Shown here one piece after another: positions 1-13,949 of a stretch of DNA of 64,000 nt; position 1 is the stretch's first letter; every line of letters starts with the position of its first letter. Both the position numbers and the translations under genes were made by a program. The notes under the pieces were generated by a model that worked only from the letters and a program-made list of their open reading frames with translations, was not told the DNA's origin and did not search any database. This DNA comes from Hydrolagus colliei (lineage: Eukaryota), in NCBI GenBank assembly GCA_035084275.1, contig CM068750.1, positions 16,616,001 to 16,680,000 of the forward strand, read 5' to 3'.

Positions 1-685
1 GCTGAGTAATTATAATTAAAAAAAACAAAAAGGTGAATGCTTAACCGAAGATTGGAAGCGCTGGTTGAACATGGTGATCTTCTGTTTTGTGGCTTTCCAC
101 AATGATGAACACACACTACTTCAGACAGTCATATTCACATTGAACATCAAGTAGACAATAAGGGTTAAGATGCCATAATTCATGGGCTCCAGAAATGCCA
201 CATGTGACTATTTTTAATTTCTTCCGCGGCATTGTAAGAGTACCTATTCACTTGACATAAAAGTTGACTAATTTGCTAGGATGCCTGATGGGCAGGTATG
301 AAGCTGCTGTGATTGAGAAATTGTGACAGCTTCTGAGGTCACCACGGGTTCCATAGAAGTCAACAACAAATTACACCTGTTTCGTGCCTTTCATATCAAG
401 AGGACATCCCAAAGCGGTGGACAGTCAGGGATAGGCACCTTTGGAAAACATCAATGCCTGGGGGACTAGTGATATTCCAACTCTCAACTTCATTTGACTT
501 GGACATCTACAAGTATTGTGTTCACCTGCCTTGACTTCAGAAATTGATTTTTTAACTGCCCCAACAGTTAAAAGATGTTTCATCTGTCAACAGATGTTTC
601 ATCTGAGTGAAAAACTGCAGGCATGGTACCTCACCTAAACAGATTGGAAGTTAGCCCCCGACAGCGAAAGGCAAGCATCCTCAAT

Positions 686-1097
686 TTCAAGGCCATTCAC
701 GGCCTTGCCCCCTCCTATCTCTCTGACTTGCTATCCCACTATGAACCTGCACGTCCCCTCTGTTCAGCAGTCTCCGGTCTACTCCATGTCCCCCACCCGA
801 CCCGCCCTACCATCGGCAGACGGGCTTTCAGCGTCTCTGCCCCCATACTCTGGAATTCCATCCCACAGTCCCTTTGCCTCACTTCCTCCCTTGCCTCCTT
901 CAAGGCCGTTCTCAAAACCCTCCTCTTTGATTGTGCCTTCTGCTGTCCTCCCAACTCTCTCCCTCCCCTCCTAACTCTCTCCCACCCCCCCACCACCTAC
1001 CCACTCCTTTGCTTGGGTCCACACCTGACTTTTCAGCGCCTTGGGACGTCCTCCCGGCATGAAAGGCGCTCTATAAATGTAATTTTGTTGTTTGTTA
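686..1097 (+). mobile_element. L2-clade LINE, 3' fragment
   Basis: FKAIHGLAPSYLSDLL...GRRAFSVSAPILWNSIP...FKAVLKTLLF is the L2 ORF2 C-terminal signature, followed by a stem-loop tail and (TTG)n. Confidence 0.9.
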
Positions 1098-3764
1098 TAT
1101 TAGTGGAGGTGTGAAAATCTCACATTTTTAAATATCTTTGCTAAATATAAAATACATGTAAATATGAAGAATAATTCTTGGGAAGTCTGTGGGAGCCTAA
1201 TTATTTTGCAAATCACATACAAAATAGGATCACTAACTACACTTTATGGTAAATCCTGTTTAACTCTGAGATACCCTTTCACTTGAAAATCTCCGAAAGA
1301 CCCAAGAATTATTCAATTTTGCTGGATTTGTCTTAAAATGCAAGATGCCTTTGAAACTATGTATTCGCTATGGCCCGTTGAAATGCCAATCTAAAATACA
1401 TTTCCAATAGCGATGGAAACAATGCTCTCATTTTGCACTTACTGTACTATAAAAGCAAAATGAACTGAGCATTAATCAAATGTAGGCATAACTCCACTTT
1501 GTTGACTAATCAGAAAAACTTAAATATTTAGCAGACACGTTCAGTTTCCAATTTGCTGCGATTTTGAGCCTTGTTCATTACTCAAGTCATGACCAACAGT
1601 ACATTGGTAAAACACCAATATTAATCAGGCAACAAGGTGGAGAGCTGTATAGGGCAGCAGCTGAAATTGCCTCCCTAAGGCACCTCACTCTAATTACTCA
1701 CGAGTGACAAAATTCTGGAGATACCACAACACAGGCATTAAATATCCTACAGTGAAAAGTTTTGTACCAAGCGACCTGTACACTGATTGGAGAAAAGTGC
1801 TTCAATAATTAGCAATCTGCCTTCACACTATCACGAGGATGTGATTTGCCAGTGGCGTAAATCCCAGTTTGAACAATTTGGCAGTGACTACAAACATTGG
1901 GATCTGCATCTAGGTCACTTTTGCTGACATTCAAGCTTTAACAGTTTACTTTTTTTTTTTACTAATCTTCAACCTTGGCAACACGGGAGATTTTTCCACA
2001 ATTTACTTCTGCAGTCCACTGGACGTAACTAAGTGGGCGAGCAGCAACCAATTCCAAGAACCTGCCGTGTAATCAGACAGTTCAGATACAAACATATTTT
2101 TCTTTTATATTCATCTCTAAAATGTAATTTGCATCTTTTAGTTTCTGTTAGCAAACTTACAACTTATAAGTCCATCATTCACACCGCCATCAATACTAAT
2201 GTCATTTATATTCTAAACTGTGTTGTCTGGTTTCTAAACATGTATTACCTTGTGATTTATGATTCAAAACTGTGCCCCATCTCCTACATTCTCATTCTTT
2301 CCCATGACCTCAAGATTGAACTTCTTGCCTCCCTGTCTTACTTCACACCAAAAATCTACAAGCTTTTAAAAGCTGTTTTGACAATGCCCAACAAACTGTT
2401 CTTACCTAATCCAGTCTATCTGCCATTCTTTCCAATGTTACTGATGTGCTGTACTCAGCATTCTAACTCCTTGTGTAGATGCTGTACTAGCATCTACACA
2501 AATACATTTACTACAATCTTTTACACAAAACCAGAGAATTGAATTCTGAATATTGGAGACTTCAGTAACGTATGCACATTATCATAATGAGCATATTAGC
2601 AAATCTATGAACCACGTGATCAACAACAGATTGTTGAAAAACAATCGAAGGAAAGTACTACATATGGTGTTTTAAACTAAAAATTTTAAGACTCAAAACA
2701 GCTGGCATTTATTAGATCTACAAACCAACCAACAGTACACTAGAAGACAGAAACTATTTAACATCCATGTGGTGCATCACGAGATCTGCAAGCTGCCAAA
2801 AATAAAGCAAAACAAAGTTCTCCTGATGTTAAAAAACACAGATCTCAGCAATGTTCTCCTGGGGAAATGACCTACAGAAGAAAACTACCTAACCAACTCA
2901 AAAAAGTAAGTGTAGAATCTGCTGTACAAGTTAATCCCTTCCATTTAAAAATACATCTTAAATAAGAAAAAGTTATAACATTAACAAGTTTATCAGTAAG
3001 GGAGTCGTTATAATACATGTGCAGCAGTTCCTACACAAGATTTTATAGAGAATAAGAAATTAACTGTCATTTTGAGGTATACAACAAAATGTTCCCTATG
3101 CAAATAGATACAAATTATTAAATTAAATAATCATTTATCTGACCGAATGCACTGACATATCAATAATACCAAAATGACACATCCCCAAAAATGATCTGAT
3201 TCTTTACTAGGTGCGGTCGGAATATTTTCAGAGTCATGGTGGAATACTGATGAATTATAAATTCTTCCCGAAACTAATTTGTGAGGAGGATATCCTGAAT
3301 ATTTATAATAGGAAATGCTTCATTGTTCTTCAATGCTTATATAAGGTCATAAATAGTTGTCTTAGAAATAGGTCTTCTCCCTACACTTGGGTTCCTCTAG
3401 ATCATGCATCATATCCTTGTCAGTGGGACCACTGTCAGTCTAGTCGGGAAATACACCGGATGATTCCACCTGATCGATTCCGCGAGATTAGGAATACACT
3501 ATCCAGAGGGCGACACTGCTGCAAACCCATTAAGAGTACGTCACAAGACACTAGTGCTTCAGTACACAAAGGTTGAGTGCATTGCACTAAAATCATTTGA
3601 CTTCTTTTAAAAAGAAAAGCTTGAGTTTATTTTACCACAACACAGAATGCAAAGCTAGAGAAGCAACACCACAACCCCTGGCTAAGCAACATAAATGCTG
3701 GAATTTATAGGTTCAAACATATTTATACTGTTAAGCTTTCTTTAAAAAAAATGTGGATACATAC

Positions 3765-3839
3765 AGACTTCAGCCTCTTCACAGCTTCCTCACAGATGTG
3801 CATCCCTCGAGATTCCTCAACCTCGACATGGCCCAAATA
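3765..3839 (-). CDS. NUMB: NUMB second coding exon (75 nt, start of PTB domain)
   Basis: cccttttccag|TATTTGGGC...AAGTCT|gtatgt translates to YLGHVEVEESRGMHICEEAVKRLKS. It is phase 0 and joins in frame to the 13617-13742 exon across a ~9.8 kb intron. Confidence 0.97.
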
Positions 3840-6324
3840 CTGGAAAAGGGAGAGGAAAAGTGAAACATTATTGGCAATCATTGCACTAGTCTGTTAACAT
3901 TTTTTTTACTGCAGCTGGACTCTCTAGAAATTTGAGGGGGAAAAAGCAAAATGCAGTCAGCCTAGAAGTTCAGTTTCACAATACACGTGTGCAAGGAGAA
4001 TTCACAAAAATTTCTTAAAACAAATGTTGCACATTTTTATAGGAAGGTATAGCCAGGGTACTGCTTCTTGTAAAAAGATCACCACAATATTGCATTGTTG
4101 GATGCATCATTTGCATTGTGGGTTTTTCTAGGTGTATGAATTGCAGGATCCACCACATTCAAACCTGCCAACAACAACGTGCATTTATACAGCGTCGTTC
4201 ACGTGGGGTAGCGACACTGAACATTGGCGGGGCTTTACACCAAGCAGGAGAGAGGGGGAACGGTAGGTACAGGAAAAGAGGAAAATCTTCAGGTATGATC
4301 TGAAGATTTACAAGTGTGAGACCTGTGTTTCGAATCCAGTCAGGTCAGGGCAAAAGAGATAAAGAAAAGCACAATAATAAAAATATAGCTAAGCTATACT
4401 TTGTTCAGTTAGATTTGGTCATCTGATTGTCAGTTTCGAGTTAGTGAAAGAACGACTTTGTGTTCTGCTCCTCCTGGAAGGCAAAACTCCTACCCGAGGT
4501 TCTGCAAGTCAAGTCACTTGAACTCAACTGTTCCAAAGTTCCAGTAATAATGGGAGAAAAGCAAAAGCAAATAACAGAACTGCAACAATACACAAGAATA
4601 AAGCTGCAACACAATTGCGAGAGATTTAACTTTGATCCAAAGCCTGCTATTACCAGCCCAACAAAGGGTTAACTCAACTACTGGCCATAATTCCCAGGCT
4701 GAACATTGTTAATTCTACTACTGGATGTACCTTCAATCAAACCCAAGCAAGAGAATGTTCACCTAGTGCTTATGAACTTTGATATTGACTGATGTTGTCA
4801 TTACAGTAACATTGCTATATGTGAGCATAGCAGCATGTTGCAACCCTGCCACTTGTAATTAGGGTATTGAATGAATTTCACCCTTATTAATTAAGTAAGC
4901 TTTGAAATATAAATACAAGTGACTTTGGTTTCTCTGTTCACAGGTTCCAAATATAACATTTCAGCTAACAGAATAAACTGATCTTTTCTAGCCGCACCTT
5001 TCTCTCAAACTGCAACAGTGTGGTTAACTCCTACACTAGCTGCATCTTCAAACCCAACATAGCTAACTCACAAAATGTAGGAATTGTAAACGTTAACGTT
5101 TTTATACACTGTTAACAAACATTTTGATTTGGTTTGCTTGAATGACATTTACAATTCCAAATTTCACTCTTAACCTTGGCAGTAAATAAACTGAGTAAAT
5201 CAAACCAAGGTACCAGTTGATTTGCACCAATGCACTACAATTACTTTTGCCACTGGTTCATTCCAACTAAATGGATGAAAATACAAATATCGCCATAAGA
5301 ACCCCAAAGTCTCAAATTATAAAAGGATTCTGAGACTAATGCTTTAAAATTAGATGAAGTTTTATATATATTTTAATGTATGCAACTTTAGCTGCAATAT
5401 GTTGATCAATAATTCCTCCATGCTCTAGTAGATATTCAATTTGCTGTTAAAATCTTACATTTTAACTCAATGTAGCACAAGTTTCAGAAAATTTCAGGAG
5501 TCTATTTGTTTTAAATATCTATTTTCATGTACAGTTAAATACTACAGAAAATCCAAAAGAGGAAAAGGGAATTTCACCTACATAATAGTGCAAGCCCCTT
5601 TTGTGTTAAAGGTCAGGAATGTCAGTCAGTCTTTGGGAATGAAACATTTTGGGGACCCACAGTCATTAGTGCTCTCACTTTGGGCTATAGATTTGCAGTG
5701 TTTAAGATTGAGATAAAAGTTTACTGTTAAGACCAAATTGATCCATGCAGAGCTCAGTTACCAACACTGAGAAAAGCATTTTTGTCCATTCTATTATTAT
5801 CAACATTCAGATTGGTATAAATGTAAATTACAAGACAAAGGTAGCTACTGCAACTGAAAGTTGTTACATTACCCTAAGGGCACATATTGATTTTTGTTAG
5901 GGTACTGGAGTTCAAATGACTAGACTGACAATTTATAACCTTGCATTTTATGTAGTGCTGTTCATGTCTTCTAGACGTCTCAAAGTGCTTCACAGGATAT
6001 ACTGTAAAGTGAATTGTGGGTGAAATGAGGTAGCCAATTGCACACAGCAATGTCCCACAAACAGTTGTGGGATTGAAATAACCAGAAGACGTGAAAAGCG
6101 CTATATCAAATGCAAGGATTATTATTACAGGATCCACTTAGTTTTAAAATAGAAGGTAAAGATGGTGGCCAAACGGAGCAATAACAAGGACATGTTTGTA
6201 GTCCACTTAATACATGGATGGTCCACTCCCTGTTACTCCATACAGTAGATATTACATACAATTACTCTTTTGATGACCTGCAATTCCTACTATAATATTG
6301 AAAAGCATTAGTAAGTGGTATAAA

Positions 6325-6387
6325 AAGACACAGACTCAATGGGCCAAATGGCCCCCTTTTATGCTGTAAAATTCAATGATTCCATGA
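6325..6387 (+). mobile_element. CR1 3' tail
   Basis: atgggccaaatggccccttttatgctgtaaaattcaatgattccatga. Confidence 0.6.
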
Positions 6388-8033
6388 AAAAGAATGTGAT
6401 AAGTTTCAAAAATAGGAATGGTTATTGTTTCATTGAAGTTGGTGCCAATTATCACAGATTTTGCAGTTCCAACTATGAACAGCATACATTGAGAATAGGT
6501 TTAAACATGAATTAGCTTGGCTTTATAAATTTGTTGAAAGCTAGTCTGTAACTCATGTCAGGTTTCTTAACTATATGGCCACAGTTGTGATTTACTGTGC
6601 AAAACAATGAGATAAAATGTGATATTCTAGCAAAACAGATTATTGATCATGCATAGTAACACACAAGTAACTACAACAACAACTTACACTTATACAGACT
6701 CCTCCCACATAGGGTAGAGTCTCAGAGCGCTAAAGTAGTGGAGCCCGTCTCCAAGCCAGGGACTGAGGGGGAATGAGGCTTGGTGCCAGCTATTCGATCA
6801 GTTTTCTCAAGTCAATGGTTGCCAGAAATACCATGAAATTCATAATGAATACAAATGTCTCAATTGTGAAACATTCTAATCTCTTACATGGAAGCAAATG
6901 TCAGGATACACTTTTATTTTTCCACTAGTCTCACATAAAAAAACTTCATGGGTTTCAATATTGAAATTCACATTAGGTGTATAGTTTGTTGTTAGAACTA
7001 ATTTCAGAGTGTTACAGGAGGGGAGTGGGGAGGGGGGAATCCGTTTGTTAATAGGATATTAATAGGATCTGGTGTGATATGATTTAAAATCCAGTCAATG
7101 CTCGATAACAAGTTAGTCAACTCATTGTTATACAGTACCAAGAAAAAAAAATTCAATGGACATTAATCTCTGGAATAATACTCAGAATCAAAAAGAACAT
7201 CAACTGTTCCTCTAATACTCAATTGAAAATATTTGGATATTCAATAGACTAATCTAAATTATTTTAAACTACTTAAATACATCATCAGTAATACAAAATC
7301 CCAGATAAGCTTGATTTTAGCATCAAATGTTTACATTACAAAATCTTGTTGCACTTAATAATACTCCTTGCATTTTAGTGTTTTTTTCCATGTTTTCCAG
7401 GCATCTCAAAGCACTTCACAGAATACACTGTAAAGTGAGTAGTATATTTGTGGGTAAAATGTAGCAGCCAATTATCCCGTAAACAGTCGGGGATTGAAGT
7501 GACCAATTTTGCTATTTTTTTCTTGAGAGATTTTTTAAAATGTCACTTTTATATCATGAAAGAATTATAAACAGGTCCTAATGTTAGACTAAAATCAAAA
7601 TATGTTATGGCAAAGGGCCTATCAGTTTCATAAATACAGAACTCAATGGATATCTAGAATTTTATCTTTTCTAATTTCTCCCTACCTCAATTCCTTCTCC
7701 TCATGCCCTCTACAAATCTTCAGATTGCAGCTCACGACTTTCCTCTTCAACTGTGCCTACAGTCACCTATTCTGTGAATCTCTTTTGACACATCCTTCCA
7801 ACATTAAAATTGCTATATCAAATTTAAGGAATATTAAAATATTGGGAGTGAATTATATACCTGACCACAATTTTGCCCAGAGATTGTGTTCTGTTCTGTC
7901 GTCCGGCTCAGTGTCAAAATACACCATTGTTTCAGGATGCTGCTCTGTGCAGCATCATGGGAGTACTGAACAACAGTATATCATTCTCTGGCCAAATTTA
8001 TGGTTAGATAAACATAATTTACTCCCATTATTT

Positions 8034-8400
8034 TAATAATCCTTAAATTTGATATAGCAACTTTCAGTCCAAGCGATTCACAAAAGAATTACTGTGCATT
8101 TTATAGGTGAACATTAATGTTGCCAATCTGCATACAGTGGTGACCCATAAAACAGCCATAACAATGAATGACCAATTTTTAAGCAAGAGGATTGATTCTT
8201 GGCCAGGACACAGAAAAATTCCTTCTTTTGGAATATTGGCATTGGATCTCGACCATGCACCTGAACAAGCAGACAGAATCTCAGTTTAATATCTCATCCG
8301 AAGAACAGAGGTCTCTTAATGTGGCACATTCCTGTACTGCATTGCAATATCATTCTAATTACGCAAATAGTCATCCTATATTGGCAAATGCTGCCACAGC
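8034..8400 (-). mobile_element. Older Deu-domain SINE (SacSINE1/AmnSINE1-like)
   Basis: Reverse-strand ttcggatgagatattaaactgag...ctgtctgcttgttcaggtg...gtgtcctggccaa, the Deu-domain hallmark. Confidence 0.7.
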
Positions 8401-11400
8401 CTGAATAACTGGAACTTCTGTGACTTGCCAATAACAAAGTCCCTGAAGTGCAATATTTGATCTAGTGCTTTTCATCTTCTAGGCGTCTCAAAGTGTTTCT
8501 ATTGACTGGGGGGAGGGAACAATTGTGGTACACTGCTGTGCGCAATTGGCTGCATTTTTTCTCAAAATATACAATGAATTCAGTTTCAACGTTTTCAATG
8601 AAGTGCTTTGAGATGTCTCAATCACATGATAAGGCACTATATCAAATGCAAGGATTATTATATTACTACAATATTAGCTCCACCAATATGTTGAACAATT
8701 GTGGACAGTGGTATAAAGATACACTATGGGAGGAAATCACTGTAGGAAAATTTGGGAAATATAATGCCTGGAAACCACAGAGGATAGCATCAACAGAAAA
8801 CAAAGTTAAAATTATAACCAATTCTCTTTGTAAAGCAAAAAAAAGTTGCTATTGTCATTCTAACCAATGATCTTTGCAAAACAAACTGTTGCTATTGTCA
8901 GTCCTAAGGCTTTCTCAATTGGATCTCAGCCTGCCTAGCTGATACTTCCCCAATCTGTATCCTGCTGATGTTCCAATGCAACTGGTGGTCTGCTATTAGT
9001 AAAACTTTTTTTTAATGTCAGGAAACAGTGACATGAATAGAATGGAAACAGGTTATTTATACTTTGGAGTTGCGTACATGTTAAAAAAAAAAGTCAATTA
9101 ATCAGATTATCACATTAAAGAAGTTGATGGGTAATTTTTGCAATAATTCTTTATTTCTACATTTCATGCTATGAAAGTATTGCGCTGAATGAGGTGGCAT
9201 TTTAAGCAGGAAGCTTCCCTGCTGTCAAACCCTGAATAGTGTTCAGTACTCAGCATTCCGGACACAATGAGCTTTAGGCAGCCTTTACAGAGTCTCTACA
9301 GGACAACCTTTAAACTTACATTCTGTTTATTCGCAATCTTGGAGCTACAGTTTCATAGCTTAAAAGAATGTTCAACTGCAAAAGCAAACTGCAAGCTTAA
9401 CCTCCTCTTTTGCAACAAACATCCTCACCGCCCACCCAACTCTCTATAGAGATCAGATTCACTCAATACTTTCCTACAAATAGCAGCATAAGAAAAACAG
9501 GGAAGCCACTTAACAGCATCTTACAACATAGTAATGTTTTGATTGCAGTGCAGATTCACTTATTAAACAAATATTGGATTGGCAGAAAGACAATGACAGT
9601 TCAATCAGCAGCACAATTTGTAAGGGTGGTCAGTCAATTTCAAGAGGAGTTTTGAAGATCTGCATTGTACATCATGAAAGACAGCAGCCTGTTTTAAAAT
9701 AATTCCAAAAGAAAATAATGGATAGCTATTTCAAACTTGGAAACCCAGAATTGCCATCCAAAGGCATACATGCAAATTAAAAACGATTTAATACTGAATG
9801 TATACCAGATGCACAGTAGCATGGTTGCGGGGTTGTGCTTATGGCTGGAGGAAGTTATAGTAGCACATAATTATCAGAATTATTTAAATTGTTATAAATA
9901 AATGTTGTACATCATTCAACTGAGTGTCCATCATCCTTGGGATGTCAGAATTGAGCCAGCCCTTTGCTCTCGTCCACTTTCTGAGCCAGATGTATCTGCA
10001 GTACTCCAGGGCACAACTGACGACTGCACAGCCAACCTAGCTCATCGGCAGGGCTTGGAAGGGCAAACCAGTCCTTGGGACAGGGAATCTTCCCACTCAG
10101 CTCATGTTAACCCAGCAAGCTAAGGGCCCAATAGTATCCTAACTGGACACACAGCAGGAAGGCTTGCCAGCTAGTGCCATCAATGATAAGCTATGCGGTT
10201 TTAGCTGGTTAGATTTCAGTAGTACCTAATCTCATACTCTAGGGTCTCCAAGCCTTGGTTCTTGCTAACCTGCTCTTAATACTTTCCGGAATTAGGTAAA
10301 TAGGATGCACTCTCTCCAGGAGTATGTAGGTGGGATTTATGGAATTCTCAGTTTGGTTTGGATACTCTTAAGCATGGGTTTCCGCAAGTTCAGACACCCA
10401 ACTGACAAAATTTAAAAGAAATTCAGCTGAGTGCTTCGTAAATAGAAATCTTTCAACTTCCAAACAGCATTCATAGCTGGGGCCAACTGAACTAAAGTGC
10501 GATCACGTTTATTCACTGCACTTTTATCCCCGACATTATATTGTGCAAGTTTTCATAAAGTCACTCATCTGTATAATTAATTACACAGGTAATACCTCAT
10601 GCTTTTACAATCAAGATAGGATTTACATGGATTTTTCTTCTCTTGTATCAGACATTACATAAAATAATGCTTTAGAGTGTAATGCAAAATTCAGTAAGAA
10701 CAAATTTCCATGCTTTTCCCATGTTTAAATCCTGTTGCAATGCGAGTTTCTTCTCCCTCCCACATTCCCCTTTCGCCTGTGGCTTTCTAGCATGTTAACA
10801 CAATTGGTGCTCTACGGTTTATAATGAGTTATCACTTATACATTTGGAGATTCCACTACGGCAATTCAGTTTTGGGCTCAATACAACACTGCATACTGAT
10901 CATTTGCTGGAGAGGGAAGGTGGGTCACAGCATACTAAAATATCTTGTATAACAGAGAACATGCAAAAATAAAGTGGAATAAACATAAAAATTCACTAAT
11001 AACAGAACTTCAAAAAACTATGCCTCAGTCATAGAATGCAATTCCACACCCAAGATATGATGGGCAAGTTACTGATGCGAAATTCAGCCGGACATTCATA
11101 TCAAATAATGTAGTGGCAGTGGTTGAAGGCTGAGGGCACTTTGCCTTTCTGATTAAATTGGTTTGTCAAAATGAAATTGTGGGACAAAACAAATTCTAAA
11201 AATGGGATAAAATGACAATATTGGAATCAGTGTATGGCAAGAGGAGTAGGAAGATCAACATTTAGCTAACTCATCGCAGAGTCCCTATAGCTTCATTAAA
11301 AAAAAATTTGCCCACAAATCAGTCAATTTACTTTACAGTATATTCTGTGAAGTGCTTTGAGACACCTTGAAGACATGAAAAGCAATATATCAAATGCAAG

Positions 11401-12123
11401 GATTATTATTTTTTACTGAAGAAATCATAAAAAACCCAAACAAATCTTGTTCATGAAATACCATCATTAAAGTTGAGATAATCTCAAGCTCCCAAATGAT
11501 GAAAGCAGAGTATGGTGGTACGTATTTGAACACGAAACAGAGAAAACTGGAGAGGTTCCACACACATATTTCTCTCATACACAAACACATAATATGTATA
11601 AATTCATTTTACATCACCCATGATACTACATATGTTACTGTGTAGTGTCCTTATGGGAATCTGCAAATTAAAAACATTATCTCTGAATCTTGTAAATACA
11701 GTAGAATGCATTTCTAAACATGGATAATAGATTCCTTAGCAGAGCAAGGATGATGTGCAACACATGACTCACTCACAATTCAATTCCATTACTGCTGCAG
11801 ATGTTCCCTTCAGTACACAGGAAGGAGATTTCCTTCCTGAGTTCTCAGTTTTTTTATGACTAGAGAGAAAGCAGTCATATTTTCATCACACATTTTTAAA
11901 CAGTTACATTTAAAGTTTGGATGAAAATACGTTTCTCTACAAGTTATAAACAAAATTATTTACTCAGATTTTTTATTTTGCTGCTTCAGGGAGTGTCTTT
12001 TTTCAAAGAAATACTCAACAATCTGGCAGATTCCAAGATTTCAGAGTTGGATGCAACTGATACAGCAATACAACTAGTCTTTTGTCAATTGGCCTGCTCC
12101 ATGTCTTCCATCCTTTAGATGAC

Positions 12124-12443
12124 ATAATAATAATACTTGCGTTTGAAACAGCGCTTTTTATGTCTTCTAGACGTCTCAAAGCGCTTCATGGAATATACTG
12201 TAAAGGATGATGTATACTTGTGGGCAAAATATGGCAGCCAATATGGTGCACAGCAGTGTCCCACAAACAATCGTGGATTGAAATGACCAAGTTATTATAG
12301 GTTTTTTGGACGGATCACTATCAAGGGTGTGGAGTAAGGAAACTTGCCCAAGGTTTTGCCCTGACCTGCATGGATTCGAAACACAGGTATTACGCTTGTA
12401 AGGCGAGTGCTCTAACCACCGAGCTACAGGACTCAAGACTCCA
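12124..12443 (-). mobile_element. Full-length tRNA-derived SINE
   Basis: A-box (gtagctcggtggttagagc) and B-box (gtttcgaatcc) head, body gtgggacactgctgtg, tail ...gcaagtattattatta. Confidence 0.9.
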
Positions 12444-13369
12444 CATGATGAACTGAGATCAAAAAAGGGAATTTCTCTGGGTGTCCTGGCCAATTATATC
12501 CCAGATAAAATTGTACATTCAGTGCAAGACTGCTGCTTGTAGGAAATACAGAAGCAAATTAGCTGCTGTGTGCAGCTACAAAATACAGTAACTACTGTAT
12601 TTATCTGTTTATCTGTGTTTTATCAGGCTGTCCGCAAGTTGGCTGCCAGGCTCATCACAAAGTAATCTTTATAGTACAGTATATCATGTGAAACACTTTA
12701 AGACTTTTTTTGATGTTTGCTATATCAAATATAAATATTATTTATTGATATTCACACAACAGTCTTAGTGTTTTACAAGACAGGATAAATTAGTGTGTTA
12801 TTTAACTGACACTCTGGTTATTGGCCATTAAATAGTTTAATGCCACATGTAAATAAAACAGATATTTTTAAACAAGTAAAACAGCTCAAATAGACAATAT
12901 AATTTAAAGATACCAACATTCCGGTTCGTCATAAATGAGCATGTGAAAGCAACTATTTCCTACAATTTAAAATGAGTACACCAATTAAATGCTACAACAA
13001 TACTGACCAATTTACATGGGACTAAGTGGGGGAGGCAGATTCAAAGACACAGTAATAACATCAGAAATTTCTTTAAATTCAAAAACCTGCAATTTCTATT
13101 CAACAAAGTTTGAGTGATGTATAGTACAGACTTGGTGCTAGCTTCCATGGTATTAGCATACCAATCTCATTGCAGACACAAAGTTTTAAAATGTTGCTGT
13201 GAAAAAGATTTTCCACCAGCATTAAATATTCCACTGGAAATTAATTATTGCTGCAATTTCCAAATCAGCAAATTAGGAAATACTTGCAGACAAGGCCATA
13301 AAAGGGCCAGTTGGGTGACAAAGTGTTATGACAGGAGAGACTCACACAACTTAAGTCAGTGTGTGGTGC

Positions 13370-13552
13370 AGTCATGAGAGGTGGCAAAATGGATTAAAGA
13401 ATGCTTAGAAAAATGAAAGCAAAAAGTAGGAGTTAGGTAAACACGTGAGGGGAAGATAACAGAAGGGAATAAAGAGTGGATGGAAACTCAAGAGTCAGAT
13501 TGGTTGAGGATAAATGGCCTATTTGTGCTATACAGTCTGTAAATCTATGTAA
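13370..13552 (+). mobile_element. CR1 LINE remnant (RT fragment plus 3' tail)
   Basis: From 13381 it translates VAKWIKECLEK*KQKVGVR (CR1 'WI.NWL..RKQRV' motif). Tail ggataaatggcctatttgtgct...aatctatgtaa. Confidence 0.6.
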
Positions 13553-13616
13553 ATTCTTCTCCAGGTCATCTCCTCCCACTTTCCCCACCTACACTAATAG
13601 GTAAGTATGCCATTAC

Positions 13617-13742
13617 CTTAACCTGGAAGCTACACTTGCCACTGCGGACTGCTTCTTCATCTGTTTGCCATTGATGTGGCCGGCTCGATTCTGGAACGTA
13701 GACGTCTTTCTTGCGCCTGAAGCTCTGTCGTAACTTATTCAT
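13617..13742 (-). CDS. NUMB: NUMB endocytic adaptor, first coding exon (126 nt coding, 42 aa)
   Basis: The reverse complement translates to [42 protein letters not shown], nearly identical to the vertebrate NUMB N-terminus. Donor AAG|gtaatg at 13616-13615, phase 0. An in-frame TGA 9 nt upstream of the ATG (13749-13751) excludes the N-terminal extension typical of NUMBL. Confidence 0.97.
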
Positions 13743-13759
13743 TTTTGATCACTCGCTTT
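13743..13759 (-). other. NUMB: 5' UTR portion of the NUMB start-codon exon
   Basis: Acceptor tcatccttttttag| at 13761-13760, then AAAGCGAGTGATCAAAA-ATG (A at -3). The exon has an acceptor, so upstream non-coding exon(s) must exist. Confidence 0.85.
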
Positions 13760-13949
13760 CTAAAAAAGGATGAAAAAAATACTATGGTTAACCCTTCAAG
13801 TACCAAGGCATTTTTTCTTCTTTTCTCACCTCTCTCTACTTAAGCCATACATTCCCCAGGACAAAATCTCTGAAATTGAATACAATATTAAGATGTCAAT
13901 CTAAAAATTACATACAATGGCTGTGAACCTATCAAAACAGAATTTGTAT

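Noticed and set aside
623-1114. 163-aa ORF and similar ORFs at 31856, 52265 and 27689 as genes
   Set aside because: Truncated L2 ORF2 C-terminal remnants.
2033-2542. 169-aa plus-strand ORF
   Set aside because: No recognisable domain, non-ATG start, AT-rich and antisense within a NUMB intron; probably chance or a decayed repeat.
1-3764. NUMB 33-nt PTB-insert exon (ERKFFKGFFGK) and the following exon
   Set aside because: Not found by eye. The only partial match (gcctttgaa near 1347, 'FKG') has the wrong flanking residues and no donor. These exons probably lie beyond the left edge.
13617-13742. Assignment as NUMBL instead of NUMB
   Set aside because: The in-frame stop 9 nt upstream of the ATG and the KKDVYVPE...WQTDEE residues fit NUMB.
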